DNA of 64,000 bases from assembly GCF_900101765.1 (NCBI RefSeq), contig NZ_LT627735.1, positions 2,331,344 to 2,395,343 on the forward strand, in the 5' to 3' direction. Position numbers and translations under genes: made by a program. This document shows, piece by piece, positions 9,370-19,603 of the stretch. Positions within the stretch are counted from its first letter, which is position 1; every line of letters begins with the position of its first letter. This DNA is from Nonlabens sp. Hel1_33_55 (GTDB lineage Bacteria > Bacteroidota > Bacteroidia > Flavobacteriales > Flavobacteriaceae). A model generated the notes under the pieces. That model did no database searches and was not told the origin of the DNA. It was given only the letters and a program-made list of their open reading frames with translations.

Positions 9370-10818
9370 TTATAATTTTAATTCGCTAGGATCAATACCA
9401 AAATATAGTTCCAGAACCTTCAGTCTAAAGATGTAATCGTATTTAGCTTGATTCAAACTAATTACGGAATTGTCGTAACGCAACTTACTCTGACTAAAAT
9501 CAAAAGCATTTATAAGTCCAACATCATAACGTTCCCTTGCGTATTCATAAGCAAGTTCCTGTGATTCTAAAGAGGTCTGTGCTGCTTCAAAGGCTCTTTT
9601 AGATCCTTGTACATCAACATATGCTTGATACACATTGCTTTCTAAATCTAATCTTGCCTGCTCTAATTGAAATTCAGCGCGATCAACATTGATCTTGTTA
9701 CGCTCAATATTAGATCTCGTGCTGAAACCGTTGAGGATAGGGATGTTCAATTGTAGACCATAAGAAATACCATCATTTTGATATAATTGATCAAAAAATG
9801 GATCAGCACCAGTGATCACTGCCGTTGTGTTAGGAATCTCACTGATTACAGCTTGGCCAGTTTCCTGAACAACACCTATTTGTTCAATTCTCACTGGATC
9901 GTCTGGATCGACAATCTGGGAAAATGATGTAGCATCAGTATATCTCGTGTCGTAGCTAAAGAATGCAGATATAGTAGGATAATTAGCTGCCTTTGCGATC
10001 TGCAAATCTTTCTTTGCTAATTCTACGTCCTGTTCTGCAATGCGCACTTCACTACGAGTAGCTTCTGCTGCACCAATGATATCATTGACCGGTTTTTCTG
10101 CAATTTCCTCATCAATGACCTCAAATTCACTATCGACGATGTCAAAATTCTCGTAGTCCTTAATGAGCAGTAATTGTGCAAGACTAATCTTACTAATAGT
10201 CACCGCATTTTGAGCAAGAATAATTTGCTGCTGTTCTGATGCGTTGGTTGCCTGTATTTCCAATAAATCACCACGTGGCAATTGACCGCCATCTACTAGT
10301 TGTTGAGTACGATCAATTTGTTCTTTGGTAACAAGGTTTTGGGCAGTAAGGCTTTTTAGGTTTGCCTTATTATTCAATATTTCCAGATAATTATTTGCAA
10401 CAAATAAAGAAATATCATCCTTCATCTTATCTAGTCTGTAGCGGCTGGCTAATTGCGACATTTTTGCACGCTGCAACTGCTTGACATTTCTCAACCCATC
10501 AAAAAGGGTATAACCTACATTGATACGTCCAGAAACTGATAGAAATGTAGTGGTCTGAGCATTATTGGTTACCGGGTTGAAACTCAATCCAGTATTTTCT
10601 GAAATGCTGGAGTTGGCATTCAAGCTAGGAATAAAATTTCCTACTGCGCTTAATTTTTCAACCTCAGCAGCGTCAATATCCAACTCACTTAACTTTACGG
10701 AGATATTGTTTTCAAGTGCATATTGGATGCATTCCTGTAGCGTCCATACTTGAGGTGTTTGCGCTTTCGCGAAAGCGAAACAACCAAAAACTGCTATGCA
10801 TAAAAATAAATTCTTCAT
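9370..10818 (-). CDS. TolC-family outer membrane efflux protein
   Basis: 482 aa with a signal peptide and two OEP repeat halves with coiled-coil. Confidence 0.75.
   Translation of the reverse strand: MKNLFLCIAVFGCFAFAKAQTPQVWTLQECIQYALENNISVKLSELDIDAAEVEKLSAVGNFIPSLNANSSISENTGLSFNPVTNNAQTTTFLSVSGRINVGYTLFDGLRNVKQLQRAKMSQLASRYRLDKMKDDISLFVANNYLEILNNKANLKSLTAQNLVTKEQIDRTQQLVDGGQLPRGDLLEIQATNASEQQQIILAQNAVTISKISLAQLLLIKDYENFDIVDSEFEVIDEEIAEKPVNDIIGAAEATRSEVRIAEQDVELAKKDLQIAKAANYPTISAFFSYDTRYTDATSFSQIVDPDDPVRIEQIGVVQETGQAVISEIPNTTAVITGADPFFDQLYQNDGISYGLQLNIPILNGFSTRSNIERNKINVDRAEFQLEQARLDLESNVYQAYVDVQGSKRAFEAAQTSLESQELAYEYARERYDVGLINAFDFSQSKLRYDNSVISLNQAKYDYIFRLKVLELYFGIDPSELKL
10762..10777. repeat. 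16-bp palindrome (perfect), in the TolC signal peptide (AFAKA)
   Basis: Exact match. Confidence 0.95.
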
Positions 10819-10871
10819 AATCTGATAATGTCTATAGGTAGCCGAATAATAGGAATTGTTACAAGGAAATT

Positions 10872-12041
10872 TTAACCGCCGTAATTTGCAGCAGCAATGG
10901 GAGCTTTAAGGGCATTCCACACCTTAACTCGATCTGTCTTATTGATACCATTTTTGACTTCTACAAATATTCCATTGCTCAAGCCTAACTCTATTTCACG
11001 ACGCTCAAACTCCTGATCGCCAGTTTCTACTTCAACAAATGGTTTTTTAGTCTCTGGATCGTATTGCACCAATGCTTCCTTGATTGATAGCACATCTGTA
11101 ACCTTATCGAGTATTATACTCGCATTTGCACTAAGTCCTGCACGTACGAAAGAAGTGTCCCCAGTATTTTTCAAGGTTCCTTTTATAGCAAACTGGATAG
11201 CGCCATTTTCTGCAATTCCCTTGGGAGCTATATAGTCAAGAATAGCATCGAACCTTTTGTTATCATAGGCTCCAACAGTAATCTCCAATGGCAAACCTTC
11301 TTTGATTTTTCCAACTTCAGATTCGTCAACGGTTCCCTCAAAGATCATCTTATTGACATCTGCAATAAGTGCGATGGCTGTTCCTTCATTGAAATTGTTA
11401 GCTTCTATAACCTGGTTTCCAACTTTCACTGGTACGTCAAGGACCATTCCTGCAACTGTAGCTCTTACATTGGTATTAGCATATTCTCCAAGACCTGCCG
11501 TGGTTCCTGTACGTATGATATCATAATTCTGACTGGCACCTCTTAAAGCTACTTGCTCCTGGCTATAACGCTGTCTAGCATTGTTATAGTTGTTTTGAGC
11601 TAAATCAAAATCATTTGCAGCAATCACACCTTTGTCAAAAAGTTCTTTTTGTCTGTTATATATCGCAGTCTGATTGTCAAAAGCCAGCTTTGCAGTCTCT
11701 ACAGCATTACGTTGAGAAGCGATGCTGTTCTTGGCACTAGTTAGCGAACTAACATTTGGAACCACTTTTATATCTGCGATAAGGTCACCTGCCTCAACAT
11801 ATTCTCCAGCTTCTACATGTATCGTTTCTATAACTCCTGAAATGTTAGGTTTTATATTAACTTCCTCTTTAGGCACAATACTTCCTGTAGCGACAGTCTC
11901 TTTTACAATCGTGCGCTGCTCTGGCATCTCTGTAGAGTATTCTACTGGATCTTCCAGGTCTTTTACAACGATGTACCATATTCCAGCGATAACTGAGATC
12001 ACGATAACGGACAGTAGTATGATGGTTCCTTTACGTTTCAT
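10872..12041 (-). CDS. Efflux transporter periplasmic adaptor subunit (HlyD/MacA family)
   Basis: 389 aa membrane-fusion protein. Confidence 0.7.
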   Translation of the reverse strand: MKRKGTIILLSVIVISVIAGIWYIVVKDLEDPVEYSTEMPEQRTIVKETVATGSIVPKEEVNIKPNISGVIETIHVEAGEYVEAGDLIADIKVVPNVSSLTSAKNSIASQRNAVETAKLAFDNQTAIYNRQKELFDKGVIAANDFDLAQNNYNNARQRYSQEQVALRGASQNYDIIRTGTTAGLGEYANTNVRATVAGMVLDVPVKVGNQVIEANNFNEGTAIALIADVNKMIFEGTVDESEVGKIKEGLPLEITVGAYDNKRFDAILDYIAPKGIAENGAIQFAIKGTLKNTGDTSFVRAGLSANASIILDKVTDVLSIKEALVQYDPETKKPFVEVETGDQEFERREIELGLSNGIFVEVKNGINKTDRVKVWNALKAPIAAANYGG

Positions 12042-12069
12042 TCTATATTTAGTTTAGTCTTCTATTATT

Positions 12070-13329
12070 TTATTCTGTTCTAAGTGCATCCACAGGCTTC
12101 ATTTGCGTCGCTCTTGAAGCTGGAATAAATCCAGCCAATAAACCAGCAATTACTAAAATGAGCAATGCGATGAAAATCACGTTGATATTTACTGTTGGGT
12201 TTGCAAAATTCTCTACGGGACCACTACTATCGAGTATGGTATTCATGATCCATATCACTCCTGCAGAAAAAGCTATTCCTGCAAATCCAGCGGCTAGAGT
12301 CAATACGACGCTTTCTTGTAATATTTGTGCTTTGATATCCCAAGGCGTTGCACCTAAGGCTCTTCGTACTCCTATTTCGTTCGTTCTTTCCTTTACCACG
12401 ATCAACATAATGTTGCTGATTCCAATACCACCAGAGATCAAGATCAATCCGCCAACAAAGAAGCCTACAAATGAAAGAATGTTGAACAGACCATTGACTT
12501 TGGCAAATTGTTCTGCAATATCATAATTACCTAAAGCGCGTTCATCATTGGGATGGACGCTGCGCTGTTCTTTTATAGTTGCGAGAATTTGTGGTTTGAG
12601 TTCTGTGATGCTATAGCCATCGTAAGCGGTTAACGCCATGAATCCTACGTTGTCACCAGAGTTGAATGATTTGGCAAACGTGGTAAAAGGTAAATAAATG
12701 GTATTGGCATCTTCTTCTGTGTCCCCAGAACTATTTGGGTTTTGGAATACTCCAACCACTTTGAAGTTCACACCATTAATGGAAATATAAGTGCCAATAG
12801 GATCTACACCGACATCGTACAATGTTTTTACAACGTCAACGCCTATTACCGCTGACTTTAAATTATTGTCAATATCTGAATAGCTAATAAACCTGCCCTT
12901 GATAATATCCATGGGCTGCTGGTTGATGAATTCTGGATAATCACCGCTTATTTCAAAGGCTCCTGTTTTTTCATTGCGTGTGACGTTGTTGGCACCACGA
13001 TAACCGCCTAATCGAAATCTAGGGGAAACATATTTAAGTTGTGGAAATTTCTGTTTGAGGACATCTACATCACCTATCTTCAAATCAAAGCGGCGGCCTT
13101 TTTCAAAACCTTTATAAGGCATGGAGGTACTCTGTGCCCACATGAACATGGAATTAGTAGCAAAGTCACCAAAGTCTTTACTTACTCCAGTTTTCAAACC
13201 ATTTGTCATGGCGAGTAGCAAAACCAAAATAAGGATACCCCAAAAAACACCAAACGCAGTCAAAAAGGTTCTAAACCTATTTGCGTTAAGCGCTTCTAAT
13301 ATTTCATTCCAACGATCTTTGCTAAACAT
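12070..13329 (-). CDS. ABC transporter permease, FtsX/MacB-like
   Basis: 419 aa; MacB_PCD plus an FtsX 4-TM domain. Confidence 0.75.
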   Translation of the reverse strand: MFSKDRWNEILEALNANRFRTFLTAFGVFWGILILVLLLAMTNGLKTGVSKDFGDFATNSMFMWAQSTSMPYKGFEKGRRFDLKIGDVDVLKQKFPQLKYVSPRFRLGGYRGANNVTRNEKTGAFEISGDYPEFINQQPMDIIKGRFISYSDIDNNLKSAVIGVDVVKTLYDVGVDPIGTYISINGVNFKVVGVFQNPNSSGDTEEDANTIYLPFTTFAKSFNSGDNVGFMALTAYDGYSITELKPQILATIKEQRSVHPNDERALGNYDIAEQFAKVNGLFNILSFVGFFVGGLILISGGIGISNIMLIVVKERTNEIGVRRALGATPWDIKAQILQESVVLTLAAGFAGIAFSAGVIWIMNTILDSSGPVENFANPTVNINVIFIALLILVIAGLLAGFIPASRATQMKPVDALRTE

Positions 13330-13330
13330 A

Positions 13331-14578
13331 TTATTCGTCTCTTAAGGCTTCGATGGGTTTTATGTTTGCCGCTCTACGCGCTGGAATATATCCAGCAATA
13401 GCTCCAGCAACAATTAAAAGTATCACGGTGGTTAGTGATGTTCTTAAATCTGCTTTAGGATATTTAAGAAAGTCAGTTTCCACTAGTGGACTTATAGCTT
13501 CCATGGCTAGGACACCGGCGAACAATCCTATAAACCCTGCGATCGCGGTGATGAAAATAGCTTCTTGAAGAATCATTCCAGTAATTTGTGAAGGTAGTGC
13601 TCCCAACGCCTTGCGGATTCCTATTTCCTTTGTTCTCTCTTTTACTATGATGAGCATAATATTACTTACTCCTACAATTCCAGCAATGATTGTTCCTATA
13701 CCGATGAACCAAAAAACGGCTCTTATCGTATCGATAAGACCGTAAATTTTCTGCGCCTGTTCCAATGTATTATCGACTCGCACTGCAGCACGATCATCTG
13801 GCGCTACTGCAAATCTTGATCTCAAATCCTGATCGATCGCTTGTGACATGGCCATACTCAAATCAACAGCCTCGTCAAAGTTATCGCTCATCTTAACGGT
13901 GTATGCAATGCTTCTTATATCATCACCAGCGTTGAAAACCTGCTGCGCTGTACTTAACGGTATGAACAACCTAGATTCCTCACGATTACCGCCTGGATCT
14001 GTATAAACGCCTACAACCTGAAAGTTGATATTATTATTTAATAGAATGGTTTTATTGATAGGATTTTCATCCTTAAAAAGGTCAAGCTTCATCTGGTTAC
14101 CTATCACGGCGACCTTTTTCTTCTCATCAATATCTGTCTGATTAAGAAAGCGACCTGAAACCATAGATTGGTTCTCTATAAATTGCTGATCTGCATTAGC
14201 GCCTTCAATACGGTAATTACCTTGTTGTTGCTGGTAATTTACTTGTCCGCCCCATGTAGAATAAGTCCCAGTTTTATATTCAATCTGCTCATCGTATTTC
14301 TGACTCAGATTATCATAATCACCGTTGCGCAATTGCAACCTGCGCCCTGGGTTGAGTCCGTTGTAGCTTTTGGTAGTGATTCCGGTTCGGATGGATATCC
14401 TATTGGTGGCATCACTTTCAAATTCTGACTTTACACCGTTCTCGATTCCGTTGGAGAAACCCATTAGGATCACTAGAATAAAAATTCCGAGAAATACAGA
14501 AAATGCAGTTAAAAACGTACGTAGTTTATTCTTACGAATGGTTTCAAAAATCTCTTGCCAGCTTTCTATATTAAACAT
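13331..14578 (-). CDS. ABC transporter permease, FtsX/MacB-like
   Basis: 415 aa; paralog of the 12070 ORF. Confidence 0.75.
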   Translation of the reverse strand: MFNIESWQEIFETIRKNKLRTFLTAFSVFLGIFILVILMGFSNGIENGVKSEFESDATNRISIRTGITTKSYNGLNPGRRLQLRNGDYDNLSQKYDEQIEYKTGTYSTWGGQVNYQQQQGNYRIEGANADQQFIENQSMVSGRFLNQTDIDEKKKVAVIGNQMKLDLFKDENPINKTILLNNNINFQVVGVYTDPGGNREESRLFIPLSTAQQVFNAGDDIRSIAYTVKMSDNFDEAVDLSMAMSQAIDQDLRSRFAVAPDDRAAVRVDNTLEQAQKIYGLIDTIRAVFWFIGIGTIIAGIVGVSNIMLIIVKERTKEIGIRKALGALPSQITGMILQEAIFITAIAGFIGLFAGVLAMEAISPLVETDFLKYPKADLRTSLTTVILLIVAGAIAGYIPARRAANIKPIEALRDE

Positions 14579-15272
14579 GACTCATGGCTTTTACTTGATC
14601 CACCAGCGTATCATCGATAATACGACCATCTTTGAGATTGACAATACGTTTTGTCATTTGAGCAATATCTGGTTCGTGTGTAACGACCAGAATGGTACGG
14701 CCTTCATCGTTGATGCCTTGAATAAGGTCCATCACTTCATAAGAAGTTTTGGTATCCAGTGCACCTGTTGGCTCATCTGCCAGTAATACTTTTGGGTCAC
14801 TGGCAAGCGCTCTTGCAATAGCTACACGCTGTTTTTGTCCACCAGATAGTTGATTAGGCAAGTGATCTGCCCAGTCTGCAAGTCCTACCTTTTCTAGATA
14901 GTGCATGGCGCGTTCTTCACGTTCCTTTCTGGGAAGTTTTTGATAATACAACGGTAAAGCCACATTATCAATGGCATTTTTGTAACTGATAAGATTGAAC
15001 GACTGAAAAATAAATCCCAAGAACTTGTTGCGATACTTTGCAGCAATCTTTTCATTGAGGTTTTTGATGGGTGTGCCGTCTAGTGTATAGCTGCCTTCAT
15101 CTGCCTCATCCAGCATTCCCAATATGTTGAGTAGCGTCGATTTTCCTGAACCTGAAGACCCCATGATAGAGACCAACTCACCTTCTTTTACATTAAAATT
15201 GATTCCCTTGAGAACGTGTAGCGAGTTGCTACCCGTTTTATATGACTTGTGTAGGTCTTTTATTTCAATCAT
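14571..15272 (-). CDS. ABC transporter ATP-binding protein (MacB/LolD-type)
   Basis: Walker A GSSGSGKST, signature LSGGQKQRVAIARAL, Walker B LLADEPTGALD. Confidence 0.85.
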   Translation of the reverse strand: MIEIKDLHKSYKTGSNSLHVLKGINFNVKEGELVSIMGSSGSGKSTLLNILGMLDEADEGSYTLDGTPIKNLNEKIAAKYRNKFLGFIFQSFNLISYKNAIDNVALPLYYQKLPRKEREERAMHYLEKVGLADWADHLPNQLSGGQKQRVAIARALASDPKVLLADEPTGALDTKTSYEVMDLIQGINDEGRTILVVTHEPDIAQMTKRIVNLKDGRIIDDTLVDQVKAMSHV

Positions 15273-15355
15273 GGATCAATTTTTCAGCGCACGAGAGTGC
15301 AGCTATATAGACTCCAAAAAAACCTAATAGTTACACTATAGCTGTTAAGAATCCG

Positions 15356-15574
15356 TTAATTCAATTTTTTACGTGTGGTACTGCGATAAATCATGTAGAT
15401 AATACCTCCAACTAGCAAATATGGAAAGATCATTAAATAAGTAATCCCATTGTTCAGACCTTCAGCTTCGGCATTGCTACCGTCACTTTCTATAACGGCG
15501 CGGCACATGGCACATTGCGCTTTCGCGAAAGCGGAATAAAGAAGAACTACAGTAAATATGACAATCTTTTTCAC
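15356..15574 (-). CDS. Small hypothetical membrane/secreted protein (72 aa, GTG start)
   Basis: ORF trimmed to the GTG at 15574 to avoid overlap with the DUF420 gene. It has a signal-like N-terminus and a C-terminal TM helix. The signal peptide is encoded across the 16-bp palindrome (SAFAKAQ). Confidence 0.3.
   Translation of the reverse strand: MKKIVIFTVVLLYSAFAKAQCAMCRAVIESDGSNAEAEGLNNGITYLMIFPYLLVGGIIYMIYRSTTRKKLN
15518..15533. repeat. 16-bp palindrome (perfect), in the small-protein signal peptide (AFAKA)
   Basis: Exact match. Confidence 0.95.
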
Positions 15575-15579
15575 CTGAT

Positions 15580-16101
15580 CTAATAATAGGGTTGCATGAA
15601 TACGTAAACCAAAACTCCTGTGATGGCGATATAAAGCCATATAGGAAAGGTCCATCGTGCTATTTTCTTATGTCGTTCAAACCTCTTATTCCATGCAAAA
15701 TACATGGTATAAAGTACTAACGGCAATATTATGGCAGAGAGTAAAATATGTGAGACAAGTATAAAAAGATAGAGAACTCGCAGTGGCGCGTCTTCTGGAT
15801 AGGGAACCGGCTCGTTGCTGATTTTTGATATGACATAGCTCACTAAAAAAATCGCACTGATGACAAAAGCCGTGGTCATAACGGCACGGTGTGCGGTACG
15901 GTTTCCATTTTTTATTAAGGTGAATCCAGTAATTAACAACAATGCTGTACTACCGTTGAGTAAGGCATGAAATAAAGGGAACAAACCAGAATCCACACCT
16001 AGGAAGTTGTAACGTTCTGGCATAAACATAAGAACCACTACCACTAATGGAACTACTATTGAAATCGCGATAATGATGGCTGGGCCGCGTTTTTCTAACA
16101 T
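15580..16101 (-). CDS. DUF420 family membrane protein (cytochrome oxidase-associated)
   Basis: 173 aa, 4 TM segments; typical neighbour of SCO1/cox genes. Confidence 0.6.
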   Translation of the reverse strand: MLEKRGPAIIIAISIVVPLVVVVLMFMPERYNFLGVDSGLFPLFHALLNGSTALLLITGFTLIKNGNRTAHRAVMTTAFVISAIFLVSYVISKISNEPVPYPEDAPLRVLYLFILVSHILLSAIILPLVLYTMYFAWNKRFERHKKIARWTFPIWLYIAITGVLVYVFMQPYY

Positions 16102-16103
16102 GT

Positions 16104-16805
16104 TTATTTATTTAAAAGGGTTTCTGCATCTTCAGTAATCTCTTTAAGCATTGCAGGAAAATCATTTTCTTCAATACCACTGTAAACTTTTATCCAGTTG
16201 CCATAAGCGTCTTTTCTAGATCTTATGTAACCTTCTTGATCCACAAGAGCAAAATTACCACTATGCTCAAATCGTATGGCTGGATCATCACTTTCTCCAA
16301 CGAATGAACTAAAGCCCTCACGAGCTAATTTATAGGTGTCTAATTTATCGCCTGTTAAAAATTGCCAGATAGAATCATTTGCCTGGTAACGTGCTGCATA
16401 TTCCTTCAACACTTCTGGCGTGTCGTTAGCTGGATCAATGCTTATCGACACTGACATATAATCATCATATTTAGAGAGTTTGTCTGTGACGATGGACAGA
16501 TTGCGGCTCATAGGTGTACAAATCGTAGGGCAGGTTGTGAAGAAAAAATCTAGGATGTACACTTTTCCTAAAAGCGTTTCATTAGTTACTGTATCTCCAT
16601 TTTGGTTCACAAATTCAAAGTCTGGAACCTTATTAAATTTATAGAGAAATTTGTCTGCTACTGGATCACGATCTTCACTGCGGTTGCTATCCACGACTTT
16701 ATCCTTCTGGATGTAGTCAACAATGTTGGTAACCGCAAAATATCCAAAGATCAAAATGATGATCCCTAATCCTATATAATAAGGTGTGTTATTCTCTCTA
16801 CTCAT
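16104..16805 (-). CDS. SCO1/SenC family copper chaperone
   Basis: CPTIC motif (FFFTTCPTICTPM) in a thioredoxin fold, with an N-terminal membrane anchor. Confidence 0.75.
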   Translation of the reverse strand: MSRENNTPYYIGLGIIILIFGYFAVTNIVDYIQKDKVVDSNRSEDRDPVADKFLYKFNKVPDFEFVNQNGDTVTNETLLGKVYILDFFFTTCPTICTPMSRNLSIVTDKLSKYDDYMSVSISIDPANDTPEVLKEYAARYQANDSIWQFLTGDKLDTYKLAREGFSSFVGESDDPAIRFEHSGNFALVDQEGYIRSRKDAYGNWIKVYSGIEENDFPAMLKEITEDAETLLNK

Positions 16806-17496
16806 CGTCCTTTATTTGATCGTCACGATTTTTCTTGAAGGCAAATCTATATTCTGCTAGCAAGACGCGCATGTCATCGATCATTGTTTTTTGCAATGCG
16901 GCTACACTTTCTGTGTCGTACCCATAAAGTTCTGGGTCTTCATCATCTGCCTCACGACCTCTTAAGGAGGCGTCTTTGTCAAAGATGAAGGCAAAATTGG
17001 AAGAAAGATCTGGATTGAGCTGCAAATCAGAATCAAGCGTGTTGAAAAACTCCTTGATCTGAGCATCAGTGGCAGTAATAAAATGCCAGTCTTCAATATC
17101 TGTAGTGCCACGCATTTGTGAACGCATCTCTTCTATATCTGCAATACCAGCTTGCGGAATGATCGAAATCATCTGGAACGTATCAAACTCATGAAATTCC
17201 TTATAGATCTTCTCATTGATATTAGAAACATATCCCAATCTATCATAAGGCTTACTTCCCAAGAAGGTAATTACACTAACGCTATCCAGTAGTTGAACTT
17301 GATCTCCTTCTAACGTTCTAAAACTTTCTAGAGATCCAACCGATTCCTTCATTACCGGCAGCGTATCAAAGTGATGTTTGCCACCTAAAAAGAATAGATA
17401 AGCAACTAATGGCAGAGCAAACAAGACTACCAAAACAAAATACTTGGCAACCTTATTCGTTTTTTTGATCTCGTAAGAATCTTTCTTTTCTGACAT
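16798..17496 (-). CDS. Membrane-anchored hypothetical protein in the cox accessory cluster
   Basis: 232 aa with an N-terminal TM segment; no recognised catalytic motif. Confidence 0.4.
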   Translation of the reverse strand: MSEKKDSYEIKKTNKVAKYFVLVVLFALPLVAYLFFLGGKHHFDTLPVMKESVGSLESFRTLEGDQVQLLDSVSVITFLGSKPYDRLGYVSNINEKIYKEFHEFDTFQMISIIPQAGIADIEEMRSQMRGTTDIEDWHFITATDAQIKEFFNTLDSDLQLNPDLSSNFAFIFDKDASLRGREADDEDPELYGYDTESVAALQKTMIDDMRVLLAEYRFAFKKNRDDQIKDDE

Positions 17497-17502
17497 CTTT
17501 AG

Positions 17503-17531
17503 GTATAAAAAAGGACGGAAAAACCGTCCTT
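17503..17531 (-). terminator. Rho-independent terminator (minus strand)
   Basis: AAGGACGG-AAAAA-CCGTCCTT hairpin, followed on the minus strand by a T-run. Confidence 0.5.
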
Positions 17532-17554
17532 AATATGTTTGTAGTTAGTATCGC

Positions 17555-17959
17555 CTAGAAGTCAAAACTTACAGCGGCGTTCTTGTAAACCTCATAGATA
17601 TAATCACCTTCTACTAAAAGAATAGCGATCAGATAAATGATCAAGAAAACAGCGGTCCAGACGACGGCTCTTCTCAATCCACTTACCTCGTCACGCATGT
17701 GCATGAAGTCCCAAGTAATGTAGTATGCTTTAACTAATGTAAGAATGATGAAAATCCAGTTGAGAAATTTCAAAGCTAGAAATTCGCCATTAAGAAAATT
17801 AGGCTTAATAACACCTAATGCTACTTCAACAATAGTTATGAGAGAAAGAAAAATAAGAACTCCCCAAATTTTCTGGACGTTGTTCTTGAACTTCAACTTG
17901 CCTCTAAAGATTGCTAGTTTATGTTCATTATGTTCTGCGTGTGATGCGTGATCTGCCAT
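17555..17959 (-). CDS. Cytochrome c oxidase subunit IV (bacterial caa3-type)
   Basis: 134 aa with His-rich N-terminus and 3 TM segments; small cox subunit IV family. Confidence 0.6.
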   Translation of the reverse strand: MADHASHAEHNEHKLAIFRGKLKFKNNVQKIWGVLIFLSLITIVEVALGVIKPNFLNGEFLALKFLNWIFIILTLVKAYYITWDFMHMRDEVSGLRRAVVWTAVFLIIYLIAILLVEGDYIYEVYKNAAVSFDF

Positions 17960-17976
17960 CTTGATTTCTTAAAAAA

Positions 17977-18975
17977 TTAAACGAGGTAGAAGAATGTAAA
18001 TACAAATACCCAAACAAGGTCTACAAAGTGCCAGTATAAACCGACCTTCTCTACCATCTCATAGCTTCCTCTACGCTCATAAGTTCCCAAAAGAACGTTG
18101 AAGAAAATAATCAAGTTGAAGATAACTCCAGAAAATACGTGGAAACCGTGGAATCCAGTAATGAAGAAAAAGAAGTCTGCAAATAATGGTGCTCCATATT
18201 CATTTTCAGTCAGATTAGCACCTTCCACAACACTTACTGCTTGATTATCTAATTTGAAAAGCGATTCTTCTCTAGACAAAATAGTCTTTTCAGACGCTCC
18301 AGTTTCTTCATTAACTTGAAGAAGTTGGGTACGAATTAATAGGTCTGGTCTCGCTGCAAAGCCTTGTTGTACTTCAGATAGTGTGTAGGTAGCATTTTCA
18401 TATCCAGAAGATTCATACCATATCCCTTCGCTTTGACCATATGGTTGCACCTGTCTAGGTCCAACGGTAACAAACTCTTCAAGTGCTACTCTTTCGCCTT
18501 GAGCGTCAACAAACTGCAATATTTTACCACCTTTTGTTTTGACTGCTCCATATTCACCAGCGATAAAATTCTTCCATTCCCAAGCTTGAGAACCAACGAA
18601 TATCAAACCACCTATAACTGTAAGTAAGAGATAAAAAGCAACCTTTTTGCGGTTCATATAATGCCCAGCATCTACAGCTAGTACCATAGTAACTGACGAC
18701 CCAATAAGTATAAACGTCATCAATGCTACATAGAACATCGGCGCATCTACACCATGCATAAATGGGAAGTGATTAAACACCTCATCTGCTATAGGCCATT
18801 CCTCGATAAACTTGAATCGGGAAAATCCATAGGCAGCAAGAAAACCAGAAAACGTAAGCGCATCTGACAAGATGAAGAACCACATCATCAACTTTCCATA
18901 ACTCGCGTTGAGTGGTCGTGTGCCGCCACCCCATTTTTGGCCTTCTGTACCAGTAGCAGCTACCGTCGTATCCAT
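17977..18975 (-). CDS. Cytochrome c oxidase subunit III
   Basis: 332 aa with C-terminal HFVDLVWVFVFTFFYL, typical of CoxIII. Confidence 0.8.
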   Translation of the reverse strand: MDTTVAATGTEGQKWGGGTRPLNASYGKLMMWFFILSDALTFSGFLAAYGFSRFKFIEEWPIADEVFNHFPFMHGVDAPMFYVALMTFILIGSSVTMVLAVDAGHYMNRKKVAFYLLLTVIGGLIFVGSQAWEWKNFIAGEYGAVKTKGGKILQFVDAQGERVALEEFVTVGPRQVQPYGQSEGIWYESSGYENATYTLSEVQQGFAARPDLLIRTQLLQVNEETGASEKTILSREESLFKLDNQAVSVVEGANLTENEYGAPLFADFFFFITGFHGFHVFSGVIFNLIIFFNVLLGTYERRGSYEMVEKVGLYWHFVDLVWVFVFTFFYLV

Positions 18976-19012
18976 ATCTTGAGATTAGTTGTAATAAGTC
19001 GCAAAAATAGGT

Positions 19013-19603
19013 CTAAAAAATATCTTTAGCAAAAACTAAAAACAATAGTAAATAGATCCATAATATATCTACAAAGTGCCAGAACATTGAGCCCAGCTCA
19101 AAACCCAATAGGTTTTCACTTGTATATTTTCCTCTTATCGTTTGTACCGTCATTACGGTAAGTGCGATCAAGCCAGCAACAATGTGGGCAAGGTGCGCCA
19201 CGACTATGACATAAATAAAGGAAGCATTCACATTGCTGGCCGCACCAGTAAAGCGGTATCCCATTTCAATAATAGAATTGAAACCCATGAACTGCATAAT
19301 GACAAAAATAGTTCCCAATACAAAAGTGATCACGGTAAAAATCATCGCGGCACCTTTATCTCCTTTTTTAATCAAGCTCTTTGCAAGCCATAATGTCAAA
19401 CTACTCAATAAAATCACTCCAGTACTATAGAAAAACTCTGATGGCATATCAATATCCACCCAATCTCTTCTACTACTACTCACCACATAAGCACTCGTCA
19501 ATCCAGCAAACATCATGACAAGGCTGGCAATGGCAAACCACATCATCTGTTTTTTGGATCGAGCTAACTTTTGCTCAATGGGTAATTCCGTTACATCTGT
19601 CAT
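19013..19603 (-). CDS. Cytochrome c oxidase subunit III family protein (short form)
   Basis: 196 aa ending in MFWHFVDILWIYLLLFLV. Confidence 0.7.
   Translation of the reverse strand: MTDVTELPIEQKLARSKKQMMWFAIASLVMMFAGLTSAYVVSSSRRDWVDIDMPSEFFYSTGVILLSSLTLWLAKSLIKKGDKGAAMIFTVITFVLGTIFVIMQFMGFNSIIEMGYRFTGAASNVNASFIYVIVVAHLAHIVAGLIALTVMTVQTIRGKYTSENLLGFELGSMFWHFVDILWIYLLLFLVFAKDIF

Noticed and set aside
8090-15272. Efflux operon with two adaptors and two permeases as a possible novel system
   Set aside because: Duplicated MacB-like permeases with paired adaptors plus TolC is a standard Bacteroidetes efflux architecture and is not unusual.
15575-15655. N-terminal 27 codons of track ORF 15356..15655 overlapping the DUF420 gene
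   Set aside because: The overlap would be 76 bp in a different frame. An in-frame GTG at 15574 gives a sensible signal-peptide start with a 5-bp gap.
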